Below, piece after piece: positions 1-13,900 of a DNA stretch of 64,000 nt. Position 1 is the stretch's first letter. Each line of letters begins with the position of its first letter. The stretch is taken from positions 5,642,001 to 5,706,000 of the forward strand of contig CP075496.1 in assembly GCA_021613535.1 (NCBI GenBank), given 5' to 3'. The notes under the pieces are model-generated. The model was not told the origin of the DNA. It saw nothing but the letters and a program-made list of their open reading frames with translations, and made no database searches. The position numbers were made by a program, and so were the translations under genes. This DNA comes from Adineta vaga (lineage: Eukaryota > Animalia > Rotifera).

Positions 1-558
1 TTAGGTCCTTGTTGGACAGATGACATTGTGCCTTGGTTTGATGCTGACCGTGTTTGATTTCCTCCAGTTGTATTATTTGTTCCCACCGTAGAAGAACGAG
101 CATTCGAGGGATACATAGAAGACTAAAATCAAAATGAGAAAGATTATTGTAATGTTTTAATCGGAGAGAATCAAATTTACTTCAACAATAGCTGGATCGT
201 GTGTAATTGTACTTTGTGGAGGTTCTCGAACTTGTAAATCTTCAATGTCGGCACCGCGAAAAATAATATATTCAAAGATCTCATCACGAGCAGGTACAGG
301 TCGATCCGTTGGACGATCTTCTGTACCAAAAGAACGCACTACAAGTTCAATGAAAAGTAAAAATCAATATATTATATTTTCAAAATATTTACCTTTAGAA
401 AGTGCTACAGTTGATTCATTGGCATCAATTGTATATAAAATACCTTCATAACGAATTTTAGCTTTGGAAACAAGACTAATTTTTGAGCCCAAATAAGGTG
501 AATCAGTTGCTCCAGTTGCAGATGGTTTTTTTATAGATGAATTATTTGTTAAGCTCAT
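1..558 (-). CDS. LSM14: LSM14/Scd6/RAP55 P-body protein, 5' part (runs off window start)
   Basis: Spliced exons 558-393 and 338-~181 give [25 protein letters not shown]...[35 protein letters not shown], the diagnostic LSM14 N-terminal Sm-like domain; GT-AG introns. Confidence 0.95.
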
Positions 559-2253
559 TTTGATAGTTTCTGTGACTATGGAGGATGAAAAGTGAATAAT
601 AATATGGAAAGACTTTTTTTCTCTCTTTCTTTTTTTTCTGTTTATGTAACGAATTCGATCAGATAATAGCTATAAACAGATATCTCTTGGCCAAGAATAG
701 TCACATTCGGTGTAAACCAAAACAAAAAAGAGAAAAGAAGAAGAGGAAAACAAATATTGTTGGTCGTCTAGGGATTTTATATCTCTGTTCACTTGTTTAG
801 TTCGACTAACATGTGAAGCAATAAGATCGACGTTTCTAGAAATAGAAAGAATATGATGAATGTAGATTTTATTAATTCTAGGGCGTTATTTAGAAAGAAA
901 AATAAATATAGAAGAAGAAAAGAATAAGAACATGAGAAGAACACGAAGAAGACATCATGACGGTCAGTAAAGCGTCAAAGAGGAGGATCATTTCGTTTCT
1001 AAAAATAAATATCAATAAATCAAATAGAAATATCGATATGATGATGAAGACATAAATATATATATATATATATATCAAAAGTTTGACTTTTTTATGGAAA
1101 AGTTTTTGATATTTACAACGAATTATTTATCTAGAGGTCACTAATATACAACATTTAATTTGACTTCTAAGAATTTATAATGATGTTTTGAAGAAATTTG
1201 AAAACCAAATAATCGATAAAGTTAGTTTTAAACAATCGCTTAGATATGTATGTTTTAAGTAGTTACTAAAAAATTTTAATTGGTTTCTTTTCCTACTCCA
1301 ATAGTATTTATCATGATTCATTTTACAATATATAACTTATCTTCTCTCCTTTCGTTCGTTCTCGTTGTATAAATGAATGAACGTCGGTCAATCTCAATTT
1401 ACAATGCAAGATACGAACGAAGTAACTAGATTGTAACATAAATATTCGAAAATCAAGATTTGAATAGTTATAACTCGTACGAACTTCTCTTAATCCCAAC
1501 ATCGAACATATTTGTTGTATATTTAAAGAGAGAGAGAGAAAGAAAGAGAAAGTATATATTTAGTTAGATAAGAGTAAAAGCAAAAGCAAATACATATTAC
1601 TTTTTTTGTTAGTTCTATATGAAAATCAACGATTTAATTCATCTTAGTGTACATATGTCATCTTTTTCTTCTTCTTAACCGATCGTTTTTTTTCGCGAGA
1701 AATATATATCAAAAGGAAAAAAATGTCCCTGTCAAAATAACAACGTCATATTCTACTTTATACTAGTTGTCTTACTCATGTATATCGATTAGATAATTGA
1801 AAGAAACAATTCGAGTGTAGCCACCATCTTTGTTCTAATTACTCATCGAATTCAACGGCAAACATAATGTCTAGTTTGAAATCGACCATCAAAAGAGAAA
1901 GTATCTATTGATGTATTGTTTTAGTTCTAATATTGAATTCTCATCTACTGTTTTTCTCTTTCTCTCCTTATAAACCCTGAACATAATCAATTAAATTGAT
2001 TGCCTTGGCGATAGTCGTATATTTGAAATATTCTATGGTCCAATTATCATCCGAGAAAAATCTTTTCTTTTACTGAGTGTTATTTATTTGCTTATCGCTA
2101 GATAACACAAGAAAGAGTCACTTACATTTGCTTTTATCTATTTCTATATCTAAGGAAAAAAAAGGAAACTTATGCGCACAAATTGAGCAATTTGTATGTG
2201 TAAATTCTTTGATTCTACACTTCTAGATATCATTTCAATCAAAAATATCTTCG

Positions 2254-4819
2254 ATGAATAGACGTGGTCATGGTTTGTTTCATGAAATAGACTTTTATTT
2301 TTGAAATTATCTTTCTTTGTTTTTTTTCCTATTTTAGAACGATCAGCTAGTGCTGAATTTACTCGTGTCGATCGTACAGTTAAAATTCATAATTCCACTG
2401 AAGTAAAAGAATTATATTCTTTTAGGAAAAAAATCATCTTAATTTGTTTTCTTCATTATTCAGCGTCTTCGTTCAGAATTACTTAATTATATAACAAGTC
2501 GTTTCGAAGAATTTTCTTCTGAAATGAAACAAACAGCTAATATGCCATCGATTAATGAAATTATCGAACGACCAGTTATGTCCAATAGTGATTTATCATC
2601 CATTAATAAGATTGAAAATCAATTATCATCACAAACAATTGCATCGAAACAAAGCGTTGATATGAAAAGGTGATCATATTGTCTTACTTTTTCATCGAAA
2701 ATCCTTTGTCATTCAATAAATAGATCATCATCAGCATTTCCGACAAAAATTTTTCGTATGCGTGCATCAATCTTGACTGAATTACTTGAAGTATCACATA
2801 TACGCTCAATTCGACAAATATTTATTTCGATTCTTGTTCTACTGGTTCTACAAGTTGCTTTAACGGATTTATTTGAAAAGGGCACGTATGTAAAACTCTC
2901 TTAGGATACAATGTCATCTTAAGATTACGAATGAATCTGTTTGTAATTTAGAGTGGATTTTTTTGTATTTGATCTTATTCAATGGAATTTTTCAAATCTA
3001 TCACAATGTTTACGTGTTTGGCTTTGTATGTTTATGTCTACATGTGCCATTGTTTATTATAGTTTTCATTTTTGGACTTATAAACGATTGAATTTTATTT
3101 CCATCTATTCACCTGATTCAACAGAAACAGATAAACTTAAGAATAAATCAACAACATTACGTAAGAAGAATATGTTTTTTTACAAAAAAAAAGAATAGTT
3201 TTTAATCCTATTTTAATTATAGTAATTTTCGATTGGATATGGTTTGTGGCATATTGTTGTTATATTGGATTATTTTTATATATTCCAGTACAACATATTC
3301 TTGCAGAAAACTATCCGATTGTTACACGAATCATTATTCTTGCAGAACAGGTAGTTAGATATATAGCAAAAAGAGCTTGATTTAACTGTTATTTTTCTCT
3401 CTAGGTTCGATTTCTAATGAAATCGCATGCATTCGTACGAGAAAATACACCACGTGCTATACTCTATGGACAAATTTATTCAGAAGAGAGTATGTTTTTG
3501 TTCTATTTTTATTTCCAATGAATTATCATGTGTATTTGATTTCTTGTAGTCAAAACCGATGACATAATCAAAGACAATTTCAATAATTCATCAAATGAAC
3601 AAAAACCTTTTGCTATACCTCATACACCATGTCCAGAATTTTCAAAATTTCTCTATTTTCTATTTGCTCCAACGCTCATCTATCGTGATTCATATCCCCG
3701 AACATCGTCCATTCGATGGACATATGTGATTTCACAATTACTGCAATTTGCCACAACGAGTCTATTTGGTTATTATTTATTCTATCGTTTTTGTCTACCA
3801 GTTTTTCGACATTTTAATTCTGAACATGTGACATTGAAAATATTTGTTCTTTCAATACTTAATTGTACTTTGCCAGGCGCGCTATTTTTATTCTGTGGTA
3901 AGTTTATAAGAGATAAATTCTAGCTGCAATAATTAAACGATATGTTTTAAGCATTCTATGGTTTTCTACACTGTTGGCTCAATGCATTTGCTGAAATGCT
4001 TCGTTTTGCAGATCGACAATTTTATAGTGTATGTTTTTTTGTAGCTTCTCTGCCTTTCAACTTGTTTAGTTTTTTTTTATTATTTTAGGATTGGTGGACT
4101 GCTACATCATGGAGTAGTTATTATCGAACATGGAATATTGTAAGTTCAAAATTGCTATTATTATTATGTTCTTGAATTATTCTATAATTAGGTTGTTCAT
4201 GATTGGCTTTACACATATGTTTATCGTGATTGTCATAAAGTATTTAAATTTCGATTCGATTTATTGTCATTTTGATCATTTTATATTTCTAGTTACTCGG
4301 TGTAAAATATCGTTTGGTTTCTATGTATGCTGTTATTTTCTTAAGTGCATGTGTTCATGAATATATCATATCATTAGCATTTGGTTATTTCTATCCTATA
4401 CTCTTTATTCAATTTGCTGTACTTGGATGTATGTATTCTTACCTTTTGCATATTTAAAATGAAAAATTGATTTCTTTTCAAATACGATAGTTATTTCTAT
4501 GTTGATATTACCACAACGTACACAAAATAATGGATTTAATGTTTTCATATGGGCATCATTATTTGTTGGACTCGGAATGCAAATGTGTCTTTATTCAATT
4601 GAATGGTATGCACGACTGAATTGTCCTCGATATGTAGTAAGTAGTCAAATATTCTATATTTTATTTTATTGATTCAAACATTTTCATTGTAATTTTTAGA
4701 CTAGCCCATTGGATTATTTCATTCCTCGCTCATTATTCTGTCGTGATAGTGGTGATATCAAATCTTCCATATCTACCAATATTCCTAACCTTGTTCTTCA
4801 TCGTCAAACTGACCTATAA
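2254..4819 (+). CDS. SOAT1: Sterol O-acyltransferase (ACAT/SOAT, MBOAT family), multi-exon; true first exon may lie upstream (~1373-1421 or 1867-1900)
   Basis: Spliced motifs [62 protein letters not shown]...[25 protein letters not shown] (catalytic His); stop TAA 4817-4819. Confidence 0.93.
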
Positions 4820-5891
4820 TGCTTTCAACTGATAATTTTTTTCGTTCAATTTATCTTTTTTTTCAGTCATTCTATCATATGTGATACTTCTTCATAGATA
4901 ACAATTTATGAATGATATCGACAAAAAAAACAAATCTATAACTTTGTATTTATGATTTGGAGTTATTCTCTAGCTCTCGTGTCTTTTTTTGTAATTGTTT
5001 TTTGATGATTATTGTCAACACTGTTGAAATTTCGTGATGTCTGAGAATTTTATTCTAATGACAAAAAAATGATCGAAATTTCAAGGTCTTTTTTTCTTCT
5101 CTTCTCTATTCTGTAACATTAATCATTTGATGCTTATGTATAACAAAACTTAAATAAAATTGAACACAAAATAAATCTTCGATTGAGATAAAATAAAGAG
5201 AATTTTATTGATTATCTGTGTTGAAAAGAACAAGACAATATACATCCTATGGTTATATAGCTTTTGTTTATCATTGATAGATTTAACTGGCAGGAAAGAT
5301 TTGCATGAATTACGAACATCATATCAATCATTGTCTATATATCTATGATAATATAAATAGACTTCTTCTTATGATACAACGATATGAGAATGTTGAGGTC
5401 AACTAGACCCGGCGGGTTTATCCAATTTGGTTTTTTATACCACCACTTCATTATTGTTACTGATATTATTTGACAATCAACGGAGTTATATTTAGAGAAA
5501 GAGAACTCGAGACGTACTAGTCAAGGTCATTATATTTTTTCTTCTATTCCACTTGTTCATCTTTTGTCTACTCATATTCTTGCGTACACACCCTCACGTC
5601 TCTTTCCACATGTTTCGAGACATTGAGAATAAACTTGTTCTTTTCTTTATCGGATTTTTTTCTCTTTCTCTGTCTCTCTCTCCTTCAACACTGTCAAAAA
5701 ATGAGAAGATCAACAGCGAGCTGTTTCTTTCTCATTTACATTGTATTGGTTGTTGTTCAAGGAGAAACGCGAAGAAAACGAGTACAACTTATACGTTGAT
5801 GGTACCACATTGTGTTGAAGAAGCAGAAGAAGGAACAACGGAGAATATATAACATGTCTTATGTAAGAGAACACGCGATTCTCTATTTCTT

Positions 5892-5923
<32 letters not shown>

Positions 5924-6769
5924 CAGAATAAGAAAGAAAGAAAAAAAAAACTGCTTGTCGTATGTAAAGAACAAATCATCGGACTTGCACACATGCGTTT
6001 TGTCGATAGTAAAGAAAAAGAGAGAAAGAAAAAAAAAAGAGAAACAGACACCAAACTTCATTCATTCATTGATAGAAGAAAAAACCTAGATGCACGAGAA
6101 GAAAAAATCTCTCATTTTTTTTGCGGAATTTTAGGGTCATTTTTTTTCTTCTTCTTCTTTGCTTACGTACTTGTTTATTATATCCGTAATTTTCATCACC
6201 ATCATAAATGGCGTCCTTTCTTTTTCTCTGCTGAGCTACTCGCTTAGTCAACAGGGACGACATCACGAGTGATATTTAAAAATATTTCTTACACATATCC
6301 GAAGAATTGCTTATAGTTTAAATCTTTCTTTTAATAGTTAGTTAAGAATAAGTTGGGTAGAAAGAATCTGAGATTTTTTTATTGTTAAAAGTGGTCATTA
6401 ACCTTTGTCAATGTACGCATTCACCTTGACTTGAATCGTGTGAAACTTCTCAATTGCATATACTCTTTCTCTTCTTCACATTTTTTATACTGTTCAGATC
6501 GACACAAAATGCTTATCAATCGTCTACATGTTTGAAATTGGAGATTTTCATTCATATCGAATGCTCGACTACTAGGAAATTCTTTGTTCTCCAGTTTTTT
6601 TCTTCTTCTATATTTTAGATTAAAGTTTGGTATCTTCGTTGGCTTAAAGCTAGAAGGAGGAGGTGGAACGAAGAAAGAACGCGCAAGCGAGAGAGAGAAA
6701 GCGAGAGCTGGTTTTTAATATGATTTGTTCAATTTAATTTCAATTTCTTCGAAAAAAATCAGAGATATC

Positions 6770-9622
6770 ATGAATGAAACAAGCAATATGAACAGTAGTA
6801 ATACCGGTGGCATATGTTCATCATGCCTTAAAGAAATGCCAATTAATTCAGGCTCATCATCAAATCATCCTCTATCAAGATTCTGTTCCAATTGTATGAC
6901 AGAGTTTATTGATCAGCAACAGCAACCATTTTCCCTTTTTTCATCATCATCATCATCATCGCAAATATTACCCAATCCATCACAACAAACTCAATCGATA
7001 TTTTCATCACAATTTTCTTCATTACCTTCATCATCTGCATCTTCGACATCATCATCTATTTCATCATCGAATCGTCGTTTAAGTGCATTCGATGCATTTC
7101 TATCCGGTAATCCTTCTCAAAATCCTTTTCTTCATTTATCAACGGATTTAAATCATACATTTCCACCCTTACCATCAATAAATTTCCCTAATGATCTTGA
7201 ATCGACAACAAATATGACCAATGATTTCATGCGTTATTTTCTTAATGGAAATAATTCAACAAATAATGATCGAGATAGTCCAGCAAGTAGTATTCAAAGT
7301 ACAAATGATTTATCTCGCGCATTAATATCACATCAACCATCAACATTTTGTTGTTTTGCCAATAATTTACCGTATACTTACTGTATGGATTGTGATACAA
7401 CTCTTTGTGAAAAATGCGCACTAACACATCCTAAAATTCTTGGCTTTAAAGATCATCGACAACAATTGTGTTCATCTTCACAACTTAATAATAATAATAA
7501 TAATCGATCACTGATTGGACAACCATCCTTATCATCAAAGACTAGTTAGTGAACAAATTCTTTAGCAATTCTTTTTCTTCAAACATATCTACTTATATTT
7601 AGATCGTCTACCACAACAAACATCTGTTGATTTTCCATTGAATCGTACATCATCATCATCAAGTACAAATGATCCTTCTTCATTATATAGTTCATTTTTT
7701 TCTCAACTTTCATTGAATACATCGAACAATGAAAATTTACCTTTTCTGAATTCTTCTCTATCATTACCATCTACAATCTTTTGTCATGAGCATTCAGGTT
7801 ATAAAGCATCTTATTTTTGTGATATATGTTCACATGCTTATTGTCATGAATGTCAAATACATCATGCTCAAAAACATACCTTATCATCATTACAAGATAC
7901 GATTGATAATGCTCGACAATTAACGAAACAATTTTTAATTGAATCACAAACATTATTATATCATTTAGACGAATCATTAAAACAATCGACGCGTACAATT
8001 GAAAATCTTTCAATAAAAAGTTCAACAATTGAACATGAAATTCGTACAATGATTAAATATTTTCTTGATATACTTTCTCAACGACAAGATTTTCTTTTGA
8101 AAAATGTCGATAAAATACAAACAATGAAAACACAAACATTACAACGACAAATTACTGAAATTAATCAAGTTATCAAACAATTACATTTAACAATATTAGG
8201 TAAGTTAATATCTATTTACGAATGATTTTTATTTATTTCATTATTCAATTAGATTGTAATGAATGTTTAAAAAATGGTAATGATGCTGATTTAATACGAA
8301 CAAGAAATCGTCTTTGGAATGAAATTATTCAAATGAAACAAATTATGTTAGTAAATTTAAAACCATTAGAAGACGATTTTATTCAATTTCAAGGTTCAAC
8401 AACACCAGTTAATAAATCTTTAATTAATTATGGACAATTAGTAACATCAACGTATTCAGCACTATGTGAATTGTATGGTGATGCACTTTACAATACTATC
8501 CGTAATCGTTTAACGGTATTAAATCTTCAAACACGAAATCATTTGGGTGAATCACGTACAACGGGTGGTGATAATGTTCAATGTTGTTTAATTGATACAA
8601 GTACAAATCAAACAGTACCATGTGAAATTTATGATCGTCAAAATGGACAATATTTTCTTACCTATATTGCCCAAAGTGATCATTTACATATATTAAATGT
8701 TTATGTAAATAATTCTCCAATCAAAGATAATCCATTTCGTATTGAAATCAAACAAAATCGAAATTATATGACGATTGGTACGAAAATTGAATTTGAAATT
8801 GGTGGTGAAGGTGATCAAGATGGAAAGTTATGTCGACCATGGGGTATTTGTTGTGATAATCAATCGAATATTATCGTTGCTGATCGATCAAATAATCGTA
8901 TTCAAATATTTGACAAATATGGACAGTTTTTAAGAAAATTCGGTACACAAGGAAATCGATCTGGACAATTCGATCGACCAGCTGGTGTTGCATTCGATAA
9001 ACAATTAAATCGTATTGTTGTTACAGACAAAGATAATCATCGTATTCAAATATTTACATCTACAGGAGAATATATCTTTAAATTTGGTGAAAAAGGTACA
9101 AAACCCGGTCAATTTAATTATCCATGGGATGTTGCAATATCATCAACATCACAAATCTTAATATCCGATACACGTAATCATCGTATACAATTATTTACAA
9201 AAGATGGATTATTTCTACGAAAATATGGTTTTGATGGGCCTGTCTGGAAACAATTTGATTCACCTCGTGGCGTTGTTTTTACACATGCTGGTCATATAAT
9301 TGTCTCAGATTTTAATAATCATCGATTATTATTTCTTTCATCTGATTTTCAAAATGCACGATTTCTCGGTAGTGAAGGTTCAAATAATGGACAATTTCTT
9401 CGACCACAAGGTGTTGATATTGATAGTGAAGGAAATATATTTGTTGCTGATTCACGAAATTATCGTGTACAAGTTTTTTCATCTCAAGGTGTTTTTAAAA
9501 CAAAATTTGGTATACAAGGCTCAGGTCCTTTACATATGGACCGGCCAAGTGGAATATGTATTACACCTGAAGGTCTTGTTCTTGTTGTTGATTTTGGTAA
9601 TAATCGTATTCTAGCGTTTTAA
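6770..9622 (+). CDS. TRIM71: lin-41/TRIM71/wech-type TRIM-NHL protein (2 B-boxes, coiled coil, filamin, 6 NHL; no intact RING); exons 6770-7544, 7603-8199, 8253-9622
   Basis: B-boxes (YCMDCDTTLCEKCALTH; FCHEH...FCDICSHAYCHEC), filamin repeat (RTTGGDNV...DRQNGQY...IKDNPF), NHL repeats with lin-41-type LCRPWG, FDRPAG, FNYPWD, FDSPRG, FLRPQG, MDRPSG; intron phases join in frame. Confidence 0.92.
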
Positions 9623-10094
9623 TCATCCTATGACGAATTCATTTCTCCATAGCTTTCATTCAGGTATCTATCAATCGTTTTCTTAATACATATATTCACA
9701 TATTTTCATCCCGGTAGTTTATGCACAAAGAACAGTCTCTTTTCTTTTCTTTTTATCCTCTTACATATGTCGAAAAACGAGTTATCATTTATCATCATAT
9801 GCTTTCAGAAAAAAAGTTCATTCTTTATTTAGAACAGTAGTACGAAATATATCGAATTTATTCATATAAATGTATATACGTATATAATCAAGTATGTCCT
9901 TGTTGTTAGCGTTCATAATCGTTGTTCTTTCCTTTGATATTATGTTTAAGTTTTCTCATTTTTCAAGCACAGTGTGCTTCACTACAGAAAAAGAAACAAC
10001 ACAACTATCTTTCGTTTCGACAGCTTCAAGTTGCTAAAATTAATTATCATACACAGGGTCACATTTGAACAGACTTTATATATATATATATTCG

Positions 10095-10326
10095 CTCAGG
10101 ATTACGCTTCTCAGGATGAACAGTATCACCTATACAATTCCTCAGGATCTTTTCTTTTCTTTTTCTCATCTTAAATGCTACTGTTGATAAAAATTCAAAG
10201 AAGAAAAACTTCTCTTCTGATAACAAACTAATTAAAACGAACAGAGTTCTTTAATCCTTTCTTTTTTGTTGTTGTTGTTGTATTTATAAAATTAGCAGTA
10301 TGCAGATAAATTTTAGCACTCTCAGG
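10095..10326 (+). promoter_or_regulatory. Cluster of CTCAGG motifs in the TRIM71 3' UTR (candidate miR-125/lin-4-family sites)
   Basis: CTCAGGA 10095-10101, TCTCAGGA 10109-10116, CTCAGGA 10141-10147, TCTCAGG 10320-10326, upstream of AATAAA at 10579; CTCAGG is complementary to nt 3-8 of miR-125 (UCCCUGAG). Confidence 0.55.
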
Positions 10327-10990
10327 TTTTTAACCAACTATTTCATTTGAAAAATATAAATACAAAGAACTACACGAAGTGTGTTTTCTTTTTGACCGAC
10401 TGCTACAATTGAAAATTTTCCTATGAGCATTTGTTCTATTTTAAGCTTCGATTAATTCGCCTTTTTTTCTTTTACCTATATAAATGTGTGTATTGTTGCT
10501 TTCTTTTCTGTCATTTTCTCTCTCTTTCTCTTTTTTTTTGTAAAATAATCTTTTTGTTTTGAAATTCGAGTGCAAATCAATAAAAATAAAATAAAAGTCG
10601 ATTGATATTTATCGTTGGAAATTTCCTTCGATTCAGGGTCGATACTGACGAATAACTTCGTGTTTTGTTTCTCAAGGTTACATTTAAGTACTGTTTATAT
10701 CTATCGATGAAAATACATTTACTGTCTTCTTTCCGGATGCAAAACAAAGTTTGACATTGAGAAAAAAAAAGTTGTTTGTCTTTTTTTCCCGTTCTCTCTT
10801 TTATAACTATAATAATAGACAGATGACCTTGTCTGTCTTCCCGTCTAGCTAGTTATTACAATAGAATATGAGATGAAAAGGAAAAACTCTAAGGAAAATG
10901 TCGACATTTATTTGATGAACAACTTAGCCGATATTCTCATTCAAGGTCATTACATTTTGTAATGAATTTTCACTGAAATTGAAAGATTAT

Positions 10991-13900
10991 TCAAGAGATA
11001 CAGGAATTCAATTGAATACTTTGATCCGGACAGTAACAAGCATATGGTGGTTGACTAGCAGGATTGGAAAAACAATAACCTGGCGAACAGTTAATTGTGC
11101 AAGACGCTAAATAACAGAAATGTATAAATCGATTATTGAAGAAAAGGAAAAATGTTATTTTAAATTTACCTGGTCGAATATCTGTATCACATATTCTTCC
11201 AGTAAAACCGGGAGGACATGAGCAACTAAAACCGCCAGTACCAGCATTAGTACATGTACCGGAATTTAAACATGGATTACTATCACATGTTACTATTAAA
11301 AGAAGAAAAGAAAGAAAAAAGAAATCATTTTTAAAAATGAGAATACTATTGCCATTAGTACTTACAATAGTTCGTAGTTCCTGTTTCACATCTTTGTCCT
11401 TTGTATGGATATGGACATTTACAAGTATATGTTAGTAATCCTTCAACACATGTACCACCATTCCAACAAGGTTGCGACACACATCGTCCCGCTAGTTAAG
11501 AAAAACAAAGAATTGAATGCAAAATAATAATGATCGAACAAAAAAACTACAACATACATGAAAGTGTTTCACAAAATTGACCAGTATAACCATTCGTACA
11601 AGCACATTTATATGAATTTCCAGCTAGAGTACAACTTTGAACAATAAGAAAGAAAAGTAGAATCTTAAATTTTACTAAAAAATATCTTACACGCCACCAT
11701 TCAAACAAACCGAGGGATTATTAAAACAACTTGTTGCTAGAAAATAAATATAAATTCTCTCCAAATATAAAAACAAATAAAATATTCATGCTATTTTACC
11801 AGTTGCCATTGTTTCACAACTCAATCCTGTATATCCTGGCAAACAGTTACAAGTGAATGCATCTATTGCCACAGGTACACATCTAAAATCTTGGAGATTC
11901 ATATAATCTATTAAAACTAATAACTTTTCTTACGTTCCACCATTCTTGCATGCATTTGAAAGTGAACTGCAAATACCATTACCTACTCATATACAAGAAA
12001 TTTTCAATTTTTCAATCTTGAATATTGTTCGATTGTAACCTGAAATCAATTGTTCACAAGTTGATCCTGTATACGGCGGTGAACAGACACAAAATAGAGC
12101 ACGATTCAATAATATGCAACTGAAATAAATACATCAAAAATAAAGAATAGAAAAACGTGATATTATCCATTTATTTACGTTCCACCATTTTTGCAATAAT
12201 TTGGATTACCAGCGCATGTATTAGCAACTAGAAAACAAAAGGAAATTTACAAATTTTCTCCTAAGAATCAATTCATTATCTTTGACAAACTACCATTCAT
12301 GTTTGTTTCACATTGTCTTCCTGTATATGGATATGAACAAGAGCAAGCATGTGTTGATCCATCAAGATAACAACTAAATTCAATCGATCGATAGAAACAT
12401 TCTATACGGATTCATCTATATAACGTACGTGCCACCATTCAAACAAAAATTACTAATACTACAGGGAGCTATAATAACAGAAATACAATAATTAATAAGA
12501 TAGATGCATGAATAAGATTTCAATTACATGATGTGATTTTGTCGCAAAGTGGTCCTTCAGTTCCTGGTCTACAAATACATCGTATACTGGTTGCATTTGA
12601 AACACATCTTTGGAAGAAAAGTTCAATTAGAAAAGAATAACAATCTTCTGTTTATGAATAATCAATATATACGTGCTTCCTTGTTTACATAAACCAGGAT
12701 TCAAATTACAGAGTGAATTTGATGATGAAACTATATAGAAATCAAATACAATGGTGAAGATCGATTGAATCTTGAAAAAATCTATATTACTTTGTTGTTC
12801 ACATCGAACTCCGGTAAAATCAGGTTGGCATGAACATTGTAATGAAGTACCAGTTGATACACAACTATAAATGTGTGAACATCTTCAAAATAGATTTTAA
12901 TCAGTTAAAAAACTTACGCTCCACCATTTAGACATGGAACGGCAAGACAATTTCCTGTAAATATATTACTTTTCTCAGAGGAAATTGAAACCGATAATCA
13001 AAATTTACATACCACTTACAACATTTGCACAAGTTTGTCCTTGAAATCCGAATGAACAGTGACATTCAAAACTATTTCCAACATTCATACAACTAAACGC
13101 GATAACACCCAAAATACTTCTAGAAAAAAATTCTTCTTCTATACGTACGTGCCACCATTTTGACATGGTGATGATGAACAAGGTGTTACTAAAACAAGAA
13201 TATAAAATCTCTTGCTCTTGAACTAACTTCTGCTTCATTCATTTCATACTATTCGAAGAAAACTGACATTGAGTACCAGAAAATTGTTGTTTACAATGGC
13301 ATAAAAACGATGCTCCGGCTGGTGTACAACTGCCATTGTTATGACAAGGAAAACTTGCACAGGCATTTGATTGACCTTCAAATAGCAGAAAACGAAGTTT
13401 ACCTATGCTAAATATCTATTGATATCTTACCAATAGGTATTTCACAATATTGACCGGAAAATGTACCTGGACAAGCACATCTTAATCGATTTAATGAATA
13501 ATCAAATGTGCATTGTCCATTATTTTTACAATAATCGACTGGACAAGTTGTTACCATTGTCGCTAAAACAAGATTTTATTTTCTTGTTACGAAAACATGA
13601 TCTAATAAACTTTTTTTTTAATTTATAACATACTACATGACGGGTCTGTATATTCGAGTGGACATTGACAATAATAATTTGCATTATTATTATAAGATAT
13701 GCATGTTGCACCATTTTTACACGGCATTGTTGAACAAATTGCTAATCAAAATGTTTAAAAGTAAAAAATAATGATTAAAATAGTGATTAAATATACTTGA
13801 CATTTGACTTAAAGTTTCGCAATATATTCCACTATATGACGATGAACATTGACATCGAAAAGCACCACTAACACCTGGAATACAAGTACCACCATTTCGA

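Noticed and set aside
5553-6266. Phe/Lys-rich short ORFs upstream of TRIM71 (similar ones at 15008-16268, 43268-45203 and 56707-59700)
   Set aside because: Translations of poly-T/poly-A and microsatellite-rich regulatory or UTR DNA; no domain signal.
1-9622. LSM14 and TRIM71, both mRNA-repression factors, lying close together
   Set aside because: They are separated by an unrelated gene and nothing in the sequence indicates co-regulation.
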